Source of the DNA: the human T2T-CHM13v2.0 reference genome, Homo sapiens
Assembly (NCBI RefSeq): GCF_009914755.1
Contig: NC_060926.1
Reading direction: 5' to 3' (one strand)
Length of the DNA stretch: 64,000 nucleotides
Shown piece by piece: positions 16,725 through 64,000 of this stretch (its first letter is position 1; every line of letters starts with the position of its first letter). Below the pieces are notes generated by a model. The model saw only the letters and a program-made list of their open reading frames with translations. It was not told the DNA's origin and ran no database searches. Both the position numbers and the translations under genes were made by a program.

Positions 16725-17157
16725 CCAGAGACAACTTCTAAGTTTCTCTTTATTTCTTTTGGAAACAACCTCCATTCTTCATCTCTCAATGTAGTCCTGG
16801 CCTAGTGAAAAAGAAGGCTTTTCTTTCTGGCCTCCAGAGACTGCTTCCTTTGTAGGAAAAGGAACAATAAACACTTCCCATTAGGTTTCTGTCTCCAGAT
16901 ACCAATCAGGGAATGACTGGCCAGGACTGGAACTTAACGGCCTTGAGAACATGTGGGATTTGTCTTTGAGCCCCATTGGCTTGTGATGTTTTCCTCTGTC
17001 CTCCCTGAGACAGTTGCTCCTGTCCTGGGGGGCTCTGCCTCCACCTCCCAGTCCAGGATGTCTGAGGTGGTTGCAGGCTGCTTGCTGCCCAGTTTCCAGT
17101 CTGTTCTGGTCCAGGGAAGCACCACCCCATGGCCCTTGCTGCTTCTGGCAGGGGTCC
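16725..17157 (-). other. GALNT14: GALNT14 3' UTR (3' end approximate)
   Basis: Between the stop codon and the minus-strand AATAAA at 16754-16749; cleavage site inferred ~20-25 nt downstream. Confidence 0.75.
16749..16754 (-). terminator. Polyadenylation signal AATAAA of GALNT14
   Basis: tttatt on + strand ~400 nt after the stop; U/GU-rich sequence follows on the minus strand (16700-16725). Confidence 0.75.
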
Positions 17158-62234
<45,077 letters not shown>

Positions 62235-62561
62235 CTGCAAAGACAAAAGGTTAAGCCAATTGAGCGCCCAGGGATGGACCTACGTGTTACAATTGTGTGC
62301 ACTGCAGGTGAACCTGAAGGGTAGGTGAGGCAGCCCTGTCCACTGTCCCCTAACTGCAGAGTGCAGTCCTGACTCCAGGGTGTTTCCAGGCTATGAGAGG
62401 CTGACAGATCACTGCTGTCATACAAGGTGGCCAGTCTAGGGCAAAGAGGCCTCAACTGGGCCACTTTGGAACAGGTCAGTACACAATGGCACCTGTATAC
62501 TTGCTTGAAAATGTTCCAGGTGGAAAATCTTGGCCTAGTCACCTGGGGACATTTCTCTTTT

Positions 62562-62761
62562 CTTTTTTGTTATTTTTCTCTTTAAACAATTTTTAATTTA
62601 AATTTTTAATCTTTAATTCTTATGGACACATAGTAGATATATATATTTATGGGGCACAGGAAATGTTTTGATCCAGGCATGCAATGTGTAATAATCACAT
62701 CATGGAGAATGGAGTATCCATCCCCTCAAGCATTTATCCTTGTTATTAATACAAACAATCT
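62562..62761 (-). mobile_element. L1 3'-end fragment (L1MA-like)
   Basis: T-rich tail then ...ggcatgcaatgtgtaataatcacatcatggagaatggagtatccatcccctcaagcatttatcc. Confidence 0.75.
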
Positions 62762-62773
62762 CATTTCTCTTTT

Positions 62774-63262
<489 letters not shown>

Positions 63263-63449
63263 TAAGCATTTGTCCCTGTTACTCCCTGGCTTGCCTGCTG
63301 CTCCTCACTCCTTTGGTTCACCAGCTCCCTGGCTCTGAACTCCATATCTTGGCTCCACCATTGTGGTTTTGCTTTATTAGTTTATTGACCTTGGCCTCCC
63401 TGCTTGGCTCTGAACTTTAAAGAATAACAGAAAAGACTTACACAGGCTT

Positions 63450-63660
63450 CTGGGCTAGGTACTGTTCTAAGCACTTCAAATGTGTTAACATGTTTAATCC
63501 TTATATAAACCATATATACCATCTCTGTTTTATAACAAGGAAACTGACATGCACCAGGTTGATTATTTGCCCAAGGCACATAGCTAGTGAGTGATTTACA
63601 GGTCTAGGATTTGAACCTAGGCAGTCTGGCTCCAGAGTCCATGTTTTAACCACTGCTATT
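63450..63660 (-). mobile_element. MIR
   Basis: ggatttgaacctaggcagtctggctccagagtccatgttttaaccactg. Confidence 0.75.
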
Positions 63661-64000
63661 CTGCTTGCAAGTGAATCCAGCAGCACTCTCTTCTCTTGCT
63701 TCAGTGCCAGGCTACCCCTCAGCAGGGCCAGTGTCTGCCCACCTCCAAGCTCTTCCTCACTGGGGAAGGGAGAGCCGATCCTCACGTTCCAGAACTCAGA
63801 GTCTTGATCTCATTACTCTAGGCCTCATGTACAGCCCACTTCTGCATCACCCCCAGAGGTTCTGAGGCAGCACCAATGGGTAGGGGTTTCCAGCCTTCGT
63901 ACAGCAGACCGCAGTGTGGGGGTGGCTCCCAATGCCCAGCTTCCAGCCTCAGAACTAGTGGGGGTGGACTCCACTCTGATAGGACCTGGAGCTGTCCACA

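Overview
Primate (almost certainly human) genomic DNA. The minus strand carries the last 11 coding exons and the 3' UTR of the polypeptide GalNAc-transferase gene GALNT14. These exons cover the C-terminal part of the GT-A catalytic domain plus the ricin-type lectin domain; all introns are GT-AG and the phases are consistent. Just downstream, tail-to-tail, lies a full-length L1PA2-like LINE-1 with intact ORF1, disabled ORF2 and a 17-bp TSD. The rest is intronic/intergenic sequence with Alu, MIR, L2, MaLR, ERV1 LTR and DNA-transposon relics. The most unusual structure is in the intron between the third-last and second-last exons (intron 13 by my exon numbering). It holds a ~700-bp non-Alu inverted duplication (~20415-21095 vs ~25800-26580) with a 55-bp perfectly identical core. 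One arm carries a precise 65-bp insertion copied from the upstream exon's 3' end and 5' splice site, so a duplicate splice donor would sit in an unpaired bulge of a predicted intronic dsRNA stem. The spacer between the arms contains a solo LTR, an Alu and a G-rich 19-bp VNTR. No prokaryotic-type system, CRISPR array, rRNA or tRNA was seen. Repeat subfamily names and exon numbers come from recall of consensus sequences, not from a search.
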